Below, piece by piece: positions 26,007 through 44,150 of a stretch of DNA of 64,000 nt. The position numbers and the translations under genes were made by a program. The notes under the pieces were generated by a model. The model worked only from the letters and a program-made list of their open reading frames with translations, did no database searches and had not been told where the DNA came from. Every line of letters begins with the position of its first letter. Positions within the stretch are counted from its first letter, which is position 1. The stretch is from contig JAAOMT010000280.1 of assembly GCA_016748015.1 (NCBI GenBank), forward strand, positions 22,183 through 86,182. Reading direction: 5' to 3'. The stretch is from Geosiphon pyriformis uo1. Taxonomy: Eukaryota; Fungi; Glomeromycota.

Positions 26007-28288
26007 ATGGGTTCGTTAACCACATTTTTCTTTAATGTTTCTCAGAGACTTAATATCCCACTAACGTCTGAGAAATTACAATTACAAAAGAAACTTCTTC
26101 ACATCCTTTGGACTCTGAGGTTACTGTAGCCGAGATTGACGGAAAATTATGTGAGTGCAGTGGGTAAAAAATGAACGATATAGGGGTTTTAACACTTTAT
26201 AAATGGAAATAATTTCATTGTGTATAATGCCTCTTTTAGTGCACTTAAGTGATGCTCATGATCCAAGAATAGAGCTTTACGCTAAAGCCGAGGTAAGTTG
26301 TCTTTCCATCGGTGTATATTTAATATTTTTGGAATCGTCTATCTAAAATGGCTTTACATACCTTTTAGGGGGTTCTATACCCAAACTTAACAATCCCAAA
26401 TGACATTCCCATTCGTGAGATCCCCAAGCCCCCACTAAATCTTAGAAAGAGACCAGCAGGGCCTTCCTTGACCGAGAAAATTGGAGAGTGGAAGTCAGAA
26501 ACTGAGTATGCGCTTAGTTTATTCATTTTATTTCAATGTTATGAAAAGAGTCATACTATTAATCCGAATAGATGCTTTCTTCGAGATTCAATTCAAAATG
26601 TCGCCTCTACCTTGCCCGTATCATTGGGTAATCTCATTTATGATTTAGCAGCAAATAATTTTATTGCGTCATTGCAGAAGGATCGAGAAAAGTTTCCAGC
26701 TATGGCTTTAGCGTGGCATCCGTATAATTCACTGTTTGCCGTAGTGCATAGATTGGATGCCATATTTTTATACGACTTACGTGTTGATTGTATGTAAATC
26801 ACGTTTTACCAAGTTATTGGCATTCTTAAAGACACCTCTCAATATTAACCTACAAAATTTATCATAGCATGGTTCCCCGAAGCTTTAGAGACCGATTTAC
26901 AAAAAGAAATAACAAGCCTAGCTTGGAAACCATTAGGGGGCAATATTTTGGCTGTAGGCTGTCGGTATGTTGATCTTATTAGTAAGCCCTTGAATATCCT
27001 TTTTTCAATTTTTTGATCAAATTGAATACAAAGCCGCGGAATATGCCTATGGGAGATACCACTTCGTAAGGACGCAACCTTATCATCCGACACAAGCGTT
27101 TCGTTTAGTACAACGGCTCCGGCTTGGATGCATTATATGAATTACCCCGGGCATGAAAATATTGTCACAATAGCTTGGCAACCAAATGGAAAATATCCTT
27201 ATAAATATCCTTACGGAATTTGTGATCCACTTACTTCTTTGACTTAAAATTACATTTTTAGCAACAGGATCAGTTGATGGATCAATTGTTATTTGGGACA
27301 CAACAGCTCAAACTGGTCAGATATTGACGACAAACTATCAGCCTACAATATTGAGCTGGAGCCCCGAGGGTGCGATATTATTGTCTGGGACGTTGTAAGT
27401 ACAATGTCTTGCCTTTAAACCCATCCCAATGCCGAACACATCTTAACTTTATTTTCTGGCAGGCAGGGAAATATCATAATATGGGAAACTAGAGGGTGGA
27501 CATGCAAAATAATTAAAGGCAATGTTCCGTCCCCTATAAAAGTATTTTTGATGTTCTATGTTGTCATGTTTGATTTTTAAGACTTCCTATTAACATATAC
27601 TATTCGAATTTCTGAGAGTGCTTGTTGGACGCCCAATGGGAAATTTGTGTTCTTGGCACATTCAGGTGATTCGAACATTTCAACATTGGCCATAGTTTCC
27701 GGACTGAATTATAAATGGCTAGTGGTTCAAGATTTATTAGCTTTCCCTGGAATTTTAACTAACGAAGAGTAGGTAGGTTAAACTTATTTTCTGATAAATA
27801 TTATACTACATAATACAATATCATATTAATTTTTATGTCATTATTGGTTTGTAGCATCGGAGGCTCTGTTCGGGAATTATCAATAGATCCCACCGGTCAA
27901 AGACTAATTGTATGTTTTCAAGAAACCAAATTGCTGGCATTGTTTCACGTAAACCAATCAACTGGTGCTTCAAACCTATTGACACGGATGACCTTCATGA
28001 GAGGCCCATCTTGGAATCAATTGCAAGGGCCTGGACAAGTTGTTTTGCCGTCACCACCTAAGGCAGTGGCGATCAGCTTTGCTAAACAGTTCATGCGAGG
28101 TGGTTTACTTAGTGTGGTCTGTTCAACAATGAAGCTTTTCGGTTTCGGTTTTAGCAATCATTAATCCTTTCCAAAAATCTTATCATAGCATTCTTTTTAT
28201 TTTCTAGATCTGGGAAGATGGAAAAATCTCGTTTATTCCATTAGTATACTCCAAGTCCAAAACAGACTTCGAGTTATACAAAACATGA
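26007..28288 (+). CDS. AAAS: Aladin (AAAS) WD40 nucleoporin, multi-exon
   Basis: N-terminal EVTVAEIDGKL, ALAWHP..FAV, QKEITSLAWKP..LAVGCR.GICLW, WQPNGKFLATGS, WSPEG, IWETRGW, IDPTGQRL.V.F, FMRG, LLSVIWEDGKISFIPL. Confidence 0.85.
27193..27253 (+). other. U12-type (minor spliceosome) AT-AC intron in the Aladin gene
   Basis: 5' ATATCCTT, branch-like TTCTTTGAC ~10 nt from the 3' end, terminal AC. Removal gives in-frame WQPNGK|FLATGS. Confidence 0.9.
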
Positions 28289-28941
28289 AGGAAATTAGTT
28301 CGGTCTCCCTACATGCCATCCCAATCGGTTGAAAAATTTGTGGGTAAGAAGTAATATCAGAAACTTTATACAAATATAAAGATCTCAAAGTTGGATTTTG
28401 ACAAATCCCGCTGACATGAATTCCTAACCTCAAATTGATCAACAAGGATTTGCGAGTATGATTAGTTCAAAAACTTACATTCATTGTGTAAATAATTTGC
28501 GATATTTGCTGTGAGTAATTCTATTTGTTTTTGAAATAAATTCAAGTTGATAAAATTTGAAAGTTTATTGCTTTAAGTATTAACATCAATAATAATTACA
28601 TTCATTTTCGAAATATTTTGTCTATGAAACAAAGTTTTATTAAGCTACAACTTTTTTTTTATTGGACAATGAACTTTGACTCAAAAAATAACCAAATTGT
28701 CAAATTTGCAATAGGCTTGTATATATTTTTATTAAACCATTTTATATATTTAATGATTCAGATCTTTCTTAAACTGGATGATCCACCCAATAATAACAAC
28801 ACACGTTTTTAAACATAAGAACAAAACCACGTTTTTTTCAAATTCGGAGACAGGAAGCGTTTTTCTCTGAACCATTCTCGTAATTTATTTCTATATTTAT
28901 TATACATAATATACGCATAAATTATTTTCACTTGCAACAGT

Positions 28942-33023
<4,082 letters not shown>

Positions 33024-33499
33024 AGATCAAGGTTATTAAAAATAGGTCGGGCTTTTTGCCAGAGCTTTTTATGTTGGTCTCTCCTCAGTAAAACGACCAA
33101 ATCCAAAAAGACCCTTAAGAAACTATCATAGATCTTGCGATATCTTGTGCTTACATCAAATAATTTCTTGAAAAAAAAAGGGTGGAGAAAAAGTTTGGAT
33201 TTGTTAACTTTGGATCGAAAAATTAACTTGTACAAAAGACACCTTAGTTTTTAGAGTATTACAGTTTCTCAAGCTGAATAACAATATTCTCTCGCGAAGT
33301 TAAATAAATGCGCGACCCTTGTAAATGTTCACATGAACCATACATTAGATTGGAGGTTTATTAAATCGAAGAACAAAGAATTATATTAACTGTTTAGAAA
33401 TTCATAATGCTTTAATAAAGTTTGGATTGAAATTAGGATTCTATTTCAATGTGTAAGTAATTTAATATTAAATATAAATTCACACTTTGGAAATTCAGA

Positions 33500-35220
33500 A
33501 AAAATTGTAATTTTTTGATTGTAATTAAAAAATAGTTACAATTTACAATTATTACTTACAGGCATGACAATATTTAATTTATATATTACAATTAATTGAA
33601 ATATATATTAATTTTAATGTAAAATAAAATAAAAAATAAAAGTAATAAATCAAAGTTATTTTTAAACTATTTTATTAATTATCAAACATAATAAAATTAA
33701 ATTATTAATATAATATATTTAAATTTAAAATAGTTCATTATCGTAATAATAACATAAAATTTGATTAAATAACCAATAAAAATTATGCATATTTTAATAA
33801 AACAAAATATTTAATTTTAATTAAACTTGTTTTTAATCTATAAAATTATATTTTATTTTTAATTTATCTGTTGTTTTTTTTAAAATATATTATAAGCTTG
33901 TTTTGTTTAAAATTAATTCAAGTTTAAAACTAAACATTAATATATATATTTTTAAAATTTTTTATGTATTAAAAGATTATTTATATATTTAAGTAATAAG
34001 TTAATAAATAACTATAATAACTATTAAAAATAATTGAAATAATTAAGATAAATTAAATTTGTAAAAATTTATTATATATTATCAATTTTAAAACCACAAT
34101 TATTTGAAAATTTAAAGATAAAAAAATAGTTTATAATTGTTAACAAAATAATATTACTGTTATTATCTTATGTTTTATTTTAATAATTCTTAAAATTAAT
34201 AAATATTATTATATTTTTTAATTATACTTTTATTTAATAAATTATAAAAGCAAGCAAATAACTTTTTAGACTAATTTTAATAATACAAATAAAAAATAAA
34301 AAAAATAAAATTTGTAAAAATCAAAAATAAAAATAAATAATAAAATTTAATAAAATTTAATTAATAATTATTATTTTTTATTATTTTAATCTAAACTTAA
34401 ATTTTGATATTTGATTGTTTTGTTTTACAACTAAAAAATTCATTGTTTATATAATTGTTAAGAAAATTAATAATTAAGTTAATAATTAAATTAATATTTT
34501 TATTTAAAATAAGATAGTTAATTATTTAATATTAAGTAATTAATACATATAATAAAAATTATAAGTTTTAATCATAACAATATTTTATATATTAATATTT
34601 TGTTAATTATTAAAAAAAATATCTATTTTTTTTATAATAATTAAACCTATTTTTATTTATTTAAATATTAAAAACTAATTTGTTTGTAGTTTTAAAAAAA
34701 GTTTTTTTGTATTTTTTAAATTACAAATTTTGTGTTTGGTTTTTTACTTAATATTAATTTTTTTTTTAATTTAAATTTAAATTAATACAGATTATACTTG
34801 TTTTATTTTTATTTTTCTAATTTTGCTTAATAATTATAATATATTATTATTATTTCTGGTTTAAAAACTAATCTGAATATTTTTATTGCTAAAATTAGTA
34901 TATTAAAAAAGTATTATATTTGATAAAAAACTTTTAAGTATTAATATTGCTTTAAATATTAAAATACAAATTATTTGGCTGTGAATTATAAAGTGTTTTT
35001 TTTTAAGTTTTTATCTAAATTTGTAGTTTTTTTCAAGATTTTTGAATTTTATTATATTAAATCTATAGTAAAATTTTTGTCTTGCTAATTTTTTTTATTA
35101 TGATTTTTTTGATTATTTTTGCTGTTTTTAATCTTTTTATTGGTTTTTATTTGGTTTTTTTAAAGTTTAAATTGGTTATTTTAATTTTATTAATTAGATT
35201 TATTATTAAATTAATTAATG
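33500..35220. other. Ultra-AT-rich non-coding block (probable eroded repeat DNA)
   Basis: Very few G/C, CpG nearly absent, no ORFs in the track. Confidence 0.7.
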
Positions 35221-38200
35221 TTTTTTTTTTTATTAAAACAATTTAATGAGTGAAGCCCAACTGCTACCTAGTACATAGAACCAAACTAAGTGGTTCAAAC
35301 TAAGTGCAATTCACACACTCTCTACATGTGGCTAGCCACTCGGGCCAGACAAGGCAACACTACACACCTAAAACAACACGCAGATTACCATTCAAACCAG
35401 AAAAAAAAGGACAAGACCTGCAATGGCCAAAACTTACAGCAAAAGACTCTACAATACCAAGCAATCTGACCACTCCATCTAAAAGCATAGAAAACTCACA
35501 ACAAGAAAGATCCACCACCAAACCATCATCACCAACCAAGCCTGCCCTTTTCATATCCACTCTAAATTTAGATCTTGTTAACCACACCTTGAATCAATGC
35601 AACTCAACCAAATACCTTACAAAGTTAACCACCACACTAGTTGTACTCTTAACATTACCAAAAATGCCAACCACCTTTGCACACCAATCCTTAAGCACAA
35701 ACTCTTTACACATGACAGAGTACAAGCTAATATCTGAATGACAAAGATCAAAAGTCCTTAAGACAGAGGAAAAAAATAAGTCACAAGCACCAGCCAGAGA
35801 AATTCAATGAGCAGACGCCTCCGACAAAATGTTCTCCCAAATATAAACATCCCATGAATAAATAAAAACGTGGTCCAGCAATTCCACCTCACCACACAAC
35901 AAACACTGCACGGCAGGATAATTTTTATCATATAACCTTTTGCAGACAGCCACTGGCAGTCTTCTGTGTAAAGCTTTCATCAAGTATGTGCGAAGAATCG
36001 CAGACTTACAGTTGGTAAACCCAGCAAGCATGTGCAAGTTGGGATGCCAAATCTGTGCAGAAGCAATCCAATCAAAACTCTGCAATGAAGCAACTGAAAC
36101 CACATCATAATCTGGACCAGCCTCATAATAAGCATGACAAATAGATCTATAAACATCTCTAATAAAGTAACAAGCATTACCCAAAATTGCAGTACCCTTG
36201 GCCACCAAAAAACACTCACAAACCCCAGCTGGCAAAGAAAAAGAAGAGCCAGCAGTCTCACCAGCCAGCATATCTGTTCTATCATTACCAGGGACCCCAG
36301 AATGACTTTTGACCTTAACTCAACTCACAGTAAGATCTTTATCCTTAATCAAATTGGCAATATATTTTCTCTTGATCCAACAATAATTGTGAAAATCAGG
36401 AACAGCAAAAGCTAATTCGGACACACATGCATTAATGGCAGCTTGGCTGTTGAGATGCAAAACCACTGCACAGGAGGAAGGAACACATTTCAAAGCAAGA
36501 GCCACAGCCTGCAATTCTGATAAAGTTGAAGATAAAAGCCCATGAACACCAATACCAACTCCTGAATCCAAAGCAGGAAAATAAGCAGTGGTCCTGCTAA
36601 TTACACTGGGGAAGCCAACAAATTTCAATGAACCATCAGTATAAACATTAAAGAAGCCAGACCAAACTTCGAGCAGACTATTATACACAAAAGCAAACTG
36701 TTCAGAATTCAAAATGCTACAGCCTGAAAAACCACCAGTTTTAACAACAGCAAGTGGCACTGAACTTCTATTTAGCAAAAACCTTGATGTGACATTAAAC
36801 CAGTGAGACACAGGACTCCTGGGATCAAAGTCTCTTCCAACGACAAAAAGTTTTCCAATTCATTACAGTACCTTTTTTGTCAAGGAGTCTGTCACTAAAG
36901 GCAACTCCAAAATGCTTCAAAGAGCAAACACAACTAAGAAACAAGAATTTCCCCAAAATCTCAGACATAGAAAAATTACCAGGGTCCCTAAATGCACTAG
37001 GTAGAAAGCCTGCCAAAAACAGCTCACAATCCAAAAAAATTCTGACCACACCAGCTAAAAAATTGTTCATAGAACTAATGAGCAGCTTAACTGGAAATTG
37101 CAACAGATTCAAAGGTGTCTATCCAAGAACCTGCAAATCCAAGAAGTGATAAAGAAACAACCGAGCAAGAATGCCCAGAGCATTTGAAAAAGATATCACT
37201 GCAGCCATCTTACTCTCAGATTGTACCTGGTCAAAAGGCTTCAAGCCATAAAGAGAAGAATAATATAAAGTCTCATTTGGGAAGTCACAAGGCAAGCATG
37301 CCTTAGACCTGAGGTCTTTTCTAACCAAAACGTCCTACTTGTAGCATACACCAGAAGAAACAAAACTAAACTGCATTCTGTAGCTAACAATTGGCTGCAA
37401 AACAGCAGAGACCAAATAAGAATACTGCTTGTCTGTGATAGTCTTTTTAAGTACAACATTGACAAAGAAATGAACATCCAAATGCACCTTGGCCAAACTA
37501 GGTTTGGACAACCCCTTAGTTAACAAAAAGATTCCCAGGTATCTGTGAGCCTTGCCCTTCTTTGCTATAGAGATTGGCTGACCACTAATACTCAAAAAAA
37601 CAATCTTGACACCCTGATTGATTGGAATAGCCACTGTTTTTTTATTGTTAATAGAAATATTATTGATTGAAAAATATTCACTGGCAATATTAAGAGCATA
37701 CTGCATGGAAGTCTGGCAATCTCCCACCCAAATTGTATCATCCACAAAAGCACCAGTAGCAAAAAAGAATGACATCCCATCACTATTCTCAATTCTGCCA
37801 GTTTTCGCCACAAAATTAGTATTAATCCTGTATCCACACAAATGTTCATGCCTCTTAACCTCACACAAGAGTAGATCATAGAAGATTCTCCAGAAAAGGA
37901 GGAAGAAAACCTCACCTTGATCCAAACTATCATGTACACAATAGCCATCTGACAGACCAAAATCCGTCATAACTTTATTAATTCTATCATTATGTATGCC
38001 TTTGAAAAAACTAATAAATTTGCTGCATATCTTAATGTATTTCAAGCTCACTTTTAAGTAATGCCACCCAACCAAGTCATATGCTTTATGCATATCTTGT
38101 AACACCAGCCAAAGTTCACAATTCTTCTCCAAAGCATCCTCAACCACTAAGCCAACAGCAAAAACTGGAGACTGTATAGACGTACCCTTTAAAACAGAGA

Positions 38201-39628
38201 AATTATCACCATAAAGAATACTAAACTTGCTACAAGCAAACAAAATTTTATTAGAGAGAATCTTTCTGGCAGTCTCAATTAACGCAATAGGCCAAGTATT
38301 TGTAAAAACCTCATCCCAGTCATAAGGCTTTGGAATCATTGACACTCATGCCCTTCTCTATAAAGTAGGCACCTTACCAACAATTATACATGTATTCAAC
38401 AGCTCCAGAAGACAACCCAATACCACATCACTACCACATTTCCACAATTCATTAGGAATGCCAGACAAGCCAGCAGCCTTGCCATTAAGAAAATCATTAA
38501 CCACTGAGAGCAGCTCATCCAAACTAATATCACACATTATCCCAGAAAAAGTATCATTCTACACATAATCTAAAAATGCATATTGGCGAGTCCAGAAATC
38601 AAACATCACCATAAGTATTACCTGATTCCTTGTTCATTCCATCATGACCTTATCCACTTTAGACTTCACCTCTTCAGATTCCAGAAGTAAGCCTCTATCA
38701 ACCACCAAATAATCAAGTATCATCTTGCAAAAAAGCCAGTCCAAAATACTTCTAATTATGTCTTCTTTATTAGAAGTGAAACTCTCTATGCATTTTTCTA
38801 TAGCTTTTCTAACAGAAGTCTCTTCTGTTAGCTTCAATTCAAACATTTTTAATTTTCTGTATTCCTTGCAAAATGAAGACAGATGCTTAAGAAGAACCCC
38901 ACTATTTTTACTCAATCTAACCAAATTAGAGAACGTGCAAGCTTTGTTTTCATTCAAAGTAAACCATTTTTTTATGAGACAGACAACTTTAAACATGTCG
39001 CCAGAGTGGATTACACCAAAAATTTTTACAACAAGCAACTCCAACCCAAAGAACTTTGAAGAATGTTTGTTCCTAGAGCAACAAAATTCACTAAACCACA
39101 GTCTGAAAAAAATCTCATCAGCAGACTCAATCATCTCTTTTTTCAAAATTGCCCACATAGTATCCAAATCACCACTAGCTTTGGCATTAGCAAAGATGCC
39201 TTTGATCAACAGAAGCCTTGCTGAAACACAATCCTTAAACTTATCTCACTTAAACATATCTGCATCTTTAATCTTGAACTTCCAATGATCTTTATTAGTC
39301 TGTCTGTGCAAGCTATTCAACTAAACATTCAAAAGCCCACCCAGACCAACCAACACCATAACAGCACTATGATTTATGTCAAAAAAATCCAAAACTGACT
39401 TGACTCAATGCTTGGCAACAGCAGATGACAGACTCTTACTAACTAAAATATAATTAATAGTTTTTTCAATCCCTTTCGAGTTGTACCACATAGGAGCCAA
39501 TGCCAACTGATGGCTGGCAAATGAATTGACCAGACCAAGACCCAGGCAAAACCTGAAACTTACACTCCTCTCAGACCTATTTTCATTAAAATCACCACTC
39601 AAAACAACAAAATTGCTAGTATTAACAG
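35221..39628 (-). mobile_element. Non-LTR (LINE) retrotransposon, 3' part: endonuclease C-terminus, RT, RNase H, CCHC, poly(A); pseudogenised
   Basis: VLSGDFNE, PIALIETARK, LQDMHKAYD, QGE, FVDDT, YRYLG-like HRYLG, RNase H YTDGS…SELQAV, CLLCGEVELLDHVF; T-run at 35221-35231 is the poly(A) tail. Confidence 0.92.
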
Positions 39629-40608
39629 TATTACTGGAGGTTTTTGGTCTTTTTTTTTAAATGTTGTTGATGCCTGTTTGCTGTAAATTTATGTTTTCTG
39701 GATGTGGTTGAACCTCCAGTAACTGAATTTATCTTCAAATTATCTCCTATAATTTGAACTGCTGGGCTTATAAGTAGAATGACCAATTTTTTGCCAGTTA
39801 CTTTATGTAGTTATATTGTAGTAAATGTCAACTCTTTCCTAGGAATTGCTTGTTTGGAAGCTCACTAAAAATGTGTAATTACTTTGCTGTGAAAGTCAAC
39901 TCTTCTACAGGAATCTTGTCTATAGGCTACCCTAATGACTGTAATCAGAAAATAAAAGAAAAACAAAAGAAATGTAAAAAAAATAGAATTCTGTCAAGGG
40001 AAACGTTTTTTATCCAGGCCTGGAGTCACTAACAGTTTACTGAAATTGGTAGCTAATCAATTTCGAAATGTTAGTTGGGTTTTTGGGGATTTTCCAAGTA
40101 CAATAATTAAAGAATTTGGTTTTTTGAATTATTTGATATTTATTTCTTTTTGTGTGTGTAGGAATTGTTTTAAGAGATAAATCTAAAGTAAAATATATTT
40201 TCTCGAAGAGAGAAGCTCTTCTTTTATACAACTTGTTGTAACACTATTCTATGAACTTGAACTTTGCTATTTTCTATAATTTTGCTAAACTAAAAATACA
40301 TTTTGGTAAACTACAAGTTATTTCTGTGAACTATATTTTGGCAAACTATCAATTATTTTGGCAAATTTCTTACAAATTTTGGCAAACTTTTTGAATGTTA
40401 CATAGTTCGGGGTATTGTATAATTGATTATCACAATTAGGTTACATTTGTGTTATGTATAAATTGGATTATTAATTAAATGATAATTTCGGATATATTTT
40501 GCTAATGTAATAAGTGATAATTTGAAATGATAATATATGCTAATTTAATGATAAGATTTATAAGGGTAATTTCATGCTAAACAATATCTCTAATTTTGTT
40601 TGGTAACA
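39629..40608 (-). repeat. 3' LTR (980 bp)
   Basis: TATTAC…GGTAACA; direct repeat of 48518-49497; adjacent to the polypurine tract gaggaggagg (minus strand, 40612-40621). Confidence 0.95.
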
Positions 40609-41296
40609 TAACCTCCTCCTCAAGACTGAGCTCCATCGAAGTCCAAGTACTGTCTGTAATTTCCAGATAATAATCCAAAATTATTGAAGAAATTTGGTCT
40701 GAAAATTGTTGAAATTTCAGTTCTGTGAGCTTTCCGATGTATTGAATCTTCAAAGGTTGTAAAATTGGGTTTTGTAGGATGTTTTCACAGGTGTGAAATA
40801 AGTCATAAAATCTAAGAGCAGCTCTTAATTTATAGTGACTGTTTGTAGATCCAGCTGTTGTTTTGAATTCATTGTGAAGTTGTTTTTGAATAGCTTCTTT
40901 TGTGAGATTTACTGCTGTAAGCTCCTGTTTTTGTTCATGAAGTGTTTTTCTAATGTAGAAATATCTATATATTGGAGTATAGTCGTGGTTTTCTTTATTA
41001 AGACACAGTTGAAGTTTTTGTTGAATAGTAGCATTTGGTGGAATACTAATAGGAGTAAACATTAAATTTTCTCTTAAAGCAAGCTTTAAAAGTTCTGGCA
41101 GGTGAATTCCAGAATAATTTCTTGTGTTCTTCTTATATGGGTGATATTTTCGTGAATTTGGGGCTAAATTTGTGATTATTTCTGTTTGGGTATAATTAAT
41201 GTGGTTTCCAGTAACAGTAATAGATAATTTGGGTATTGTTTTTAAAGCTAATATTAATTTTTGGGATAATTGTTGAATGTTTTGAGGAATAGTCAT
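40577..41296 (-). CDS. Additional ORF3 of the Gypsy element, unknown function (239 aa)
   Basis: Uninterrupted ATG-initiated ORF between integrase and the 3' LTR, reading through the PPT into the LTR. Confidence 0.65.
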   Translation of the reverse strand: MTIPQNIQQLSQKLILALKTIPKLSITVTGNHINYTQTEIITNLAPNSRKYHPYKKNTRNYSGIHLPELLKLALRENLMFTPISIPPNATIQQKLQLCLNKENHDYTPIYRYFYIRKTLHEQKQELTAVNLTKEAIQKQLHNEFKTTAGSTNSHYKLRAALRFYDLFHTCENILQNPILQPLKIQYIGKLTELKFQQFSDQISSIILDYYLEITDSTWTSMELSLEEEVMLPNKIRDIV

Positions 41297-41559
41297 TATA
41301 AGAAATTTGAAAATAAAAGAAAATTATTTTTGGTGTATGAGTTTTTATGTTATTTTTGTTTTGTTTTTGTGAGATTGTTTCTAAATTATAAGAAGATAAC
41401 TATAATAATAAATTTAATTTAAGTGTTCAAGTTGGGAGGTTGTTCAATAACAACTATTGGTTCTAAATTCTGGAGAATATCTTCGGGATTGATTAAAGGG
41501 AAATGTGTGCCAATTTGTGGAATTAATGATTCAGGATTGTTTCTGGAATTATAGTGTTT

Positions 41560-42620
41560 CAAACAATCTCTATGTGCAACTTTTGCTAGGATTTTGTCAT
41601 CAAATCTTAGGTTGTATGATCTGTTGTCTAGAATTTCATGAATAAAAAATGGTCCATCCCATTTATTTTCAAATTTTCCACTCTATTGTTTTTCAGCTTT
41701 AGTTTTGTGTAAGAGAACTTTATTTCCAACTTTAAATTCGTTGATAATAAGTGGTAATTTGTTGTCATGTTTTTCTTTTTGTTGAGCTTAAGAATGTTCA
41801 ATATGAGTTGCTGCTATTTGTTGTTTTCCTTCCAATGTGCTAAGCAGAGTGTAGGCTTTTTATTGTAGTGTTTCCTGGAAATTGTTTTTATCAATTGGTT
41901 GTGCTGGGTATGTTTCCACTGTGAAACTAATTGGTAATGTTGCTGTCCTTCCATAAGTTAAATCAAATGGAATGTGTTTTGTGGTATCTTGTTTTAGTGT
42001 TCTATATGCTAGTAATACTGATAGAATAAAGATATCCCACTCTTGCTTAAAATCAGTTGAGACTTTGGCTAATGACTCACACAATGTTCTGTTAAATGTT
42101 CTACAAGTCCATTTGTTTGTGGATGGTAGGGTGAAGACAGAGGTCTTTTGACATTGAATCATTCGCAAATTTCTTGTATTAGGTTGTTCACAAAGTGTGT
42201 TTCTTGATCAGATAAAAGTTCTATTGGGCATCTATGTTTACAAATAATGTTTTTATAGATGAAGTTTGCTACTGATTTCGCATCTGCTCATTGAATGGCT
42301 CTGGCTTTAGGCCATTTGGTGAAATAGTCTACAGCTACTGCAATATAACGGTTTCCTTGGTTTGTAATAGAGAGTAGTCTGACTAAATTGATACCAACTT
42401 GGTCAAAAGGCTGTCCAACTTTGATTGGGTTTAATGGTTCAGTAGGGTGTGTTCCTCCTCTTTTTTGACAACTATCACAAGATTCAACATATTCGTGAAT
42501 GTCTTTTCTCATTCGAGGCCAAAAGTAGTATTCTAGTGTTCTTTAAGTGGTGCTGTTTTTTCCGAAGTGTGTTGATAAAGGATCTGAGTGCATGTTGTAT
42601 AATATAGTCTCTTTTTCTTG
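41560..42620 (-). pseudogene. Gypsy integrase
   Basis: H..HFG, YFWPRMRKDI..YVESCDSCQ, PFDQVGINL, AVDYFTKW, LLAYRT, PFDLTYGR, KWDGPF; stops and frameshifts. Confidence 0.92.
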
Positions 42621-42959
42621 TTTTTGTATTAATCTGAGTAATTTGTCTGGGTTTTTAAAATTTCAATGATAAATAATGTTGTTGTGTAGAAAATATTGTT
42701 TGGTTTGTTGTTGTAGTTAATGTTTTTCATCTGGAGACCAATCTGTTGGGATTGTTAATGTTTCCAAATATTGTTTGAGATTGTTGTAGTTTTCCGAATT
42801 CATTGTTTGTTGGCTGTTTTGGTTGATTAAGTTGAGTGTTGGTTTTTGTGTTTTCTAATCTTGTCTCATTCTGAAGAGACAGTCAACATTGGTGTGGAGT
42901 TTTCCTGATTTGTGATGTACTATGTATCAATAGTTTGCTAGAAATCTTGTCCATCGGGT

Positions 42960-44150
42960 TTGTTTTGTGTTCAGCTAAGTATTTTTGTTCTGAAGCTATT
43001 TGAGTTCAATATTATCAGTAATAATATTGAATTCCTTTGGCCGAAGATAAAGGTTGAAATGATGTAGGGCCCAAATTACAGTTGCTGTTTCCAATTCAGT
43101 GGCAGGATAATTTTTTTCAGCTGGTTTTAATGTTCTGCTAGCATAAGCAATTACTCGCTCATTTCTATTGTCATCCAATTGTGATAGGATAGCACCAAAG
43201 GCAGTATAAGAGGCATCTGTTGCTAATCAGAATTGGTTGCCAAAATCTGGGTAGGCAAGAATTAGAGCTGTCGTTAGTTTTTCTTTGAGGATTTTAAATG
43301 CATTTCGGCATTCAGCAGTCCATTTGTATTTGACATTTTTGGTGGTAAGCTGGTTGAGAGGTTTTGCAATTTCTGAGAATCCTTTGATAAACTTCTGATA
43401 GTAGGAGGCTAACCCTATGAATCCTCTTAGTTCTGTAGTGTTTCGAGAAATTTTGAAGTTTTTAACAACACTGATTTTTCCAAGATCTGGTTTGATTCCA
43501 TCTTTACTAACAATATGACCAAGGAAGGCCAAGCTTGTTTTTTCAAAGTAGCATTTTTTGATGTTGAGTTTTAGTTCTGCTTTTTATAATTGTTAAAAAA
43601 CTTCTCGCAGATGTTTTAAGTGTAATTTGAACGATGGAGAATAAACATCAGTATTGTCAAGATAAACAACTACTGATTTCCAAAGGAGTCCTTGGTACAC
43701 AACATCCATTAATCTCTGAAACATTGCTGGTGTATTGCATAATCCGAAAGGCATTACATTAAACTTGTAATTTTTGTCTTGGGTGGTGAATGCTGTTTTG
43801 GGGCAATCTTTGGGATCCATAGCAACTTGCCAGTAACAGCTTTCTAAATCTAGTGTTGAAAAGTATTTGGATTTTCCAAGGGCATCTAACATGTCATCAA
43901 TTCGGGAAAGGAGATAGGCATCTCCAATTGTAACACTGTTAAGTTGTCAATAGTCAACACAAAATTGTATCTTTCCATTTTTCTTTTTAACTAGCACTAC
44001 AAGTGAAGCCCAAGGACTCATGAAGGGTTGGATGAACTCGTTTTTAAGCATTTGTTGTACTTCTTCTCAGATGAATTGGTGGCTTTTTGGAGCAACTCGG
44101 TAGGCTTGTTGTCACTTTGGTTTGGCATCTCTTGTGTAGATTTAATGTTA
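42960..44150 (-). pseudogene. Gypsy reverse transcriptase and RNase H
   Basis: SPWASLVVLV.KKNG, FCVDY*QLN, YFSTLDL..YWQ, KTAFTT, MPFGLCN, YLDN (from YLDD), FLGHIVS, ATDAS, VIAYASR, ELE. Confidence 0.95.

Noticed and set aside
39850-40231. Short ORFs duplicated at 48739-49120
   Set aside because: Chance frames inside the two LTR copies.
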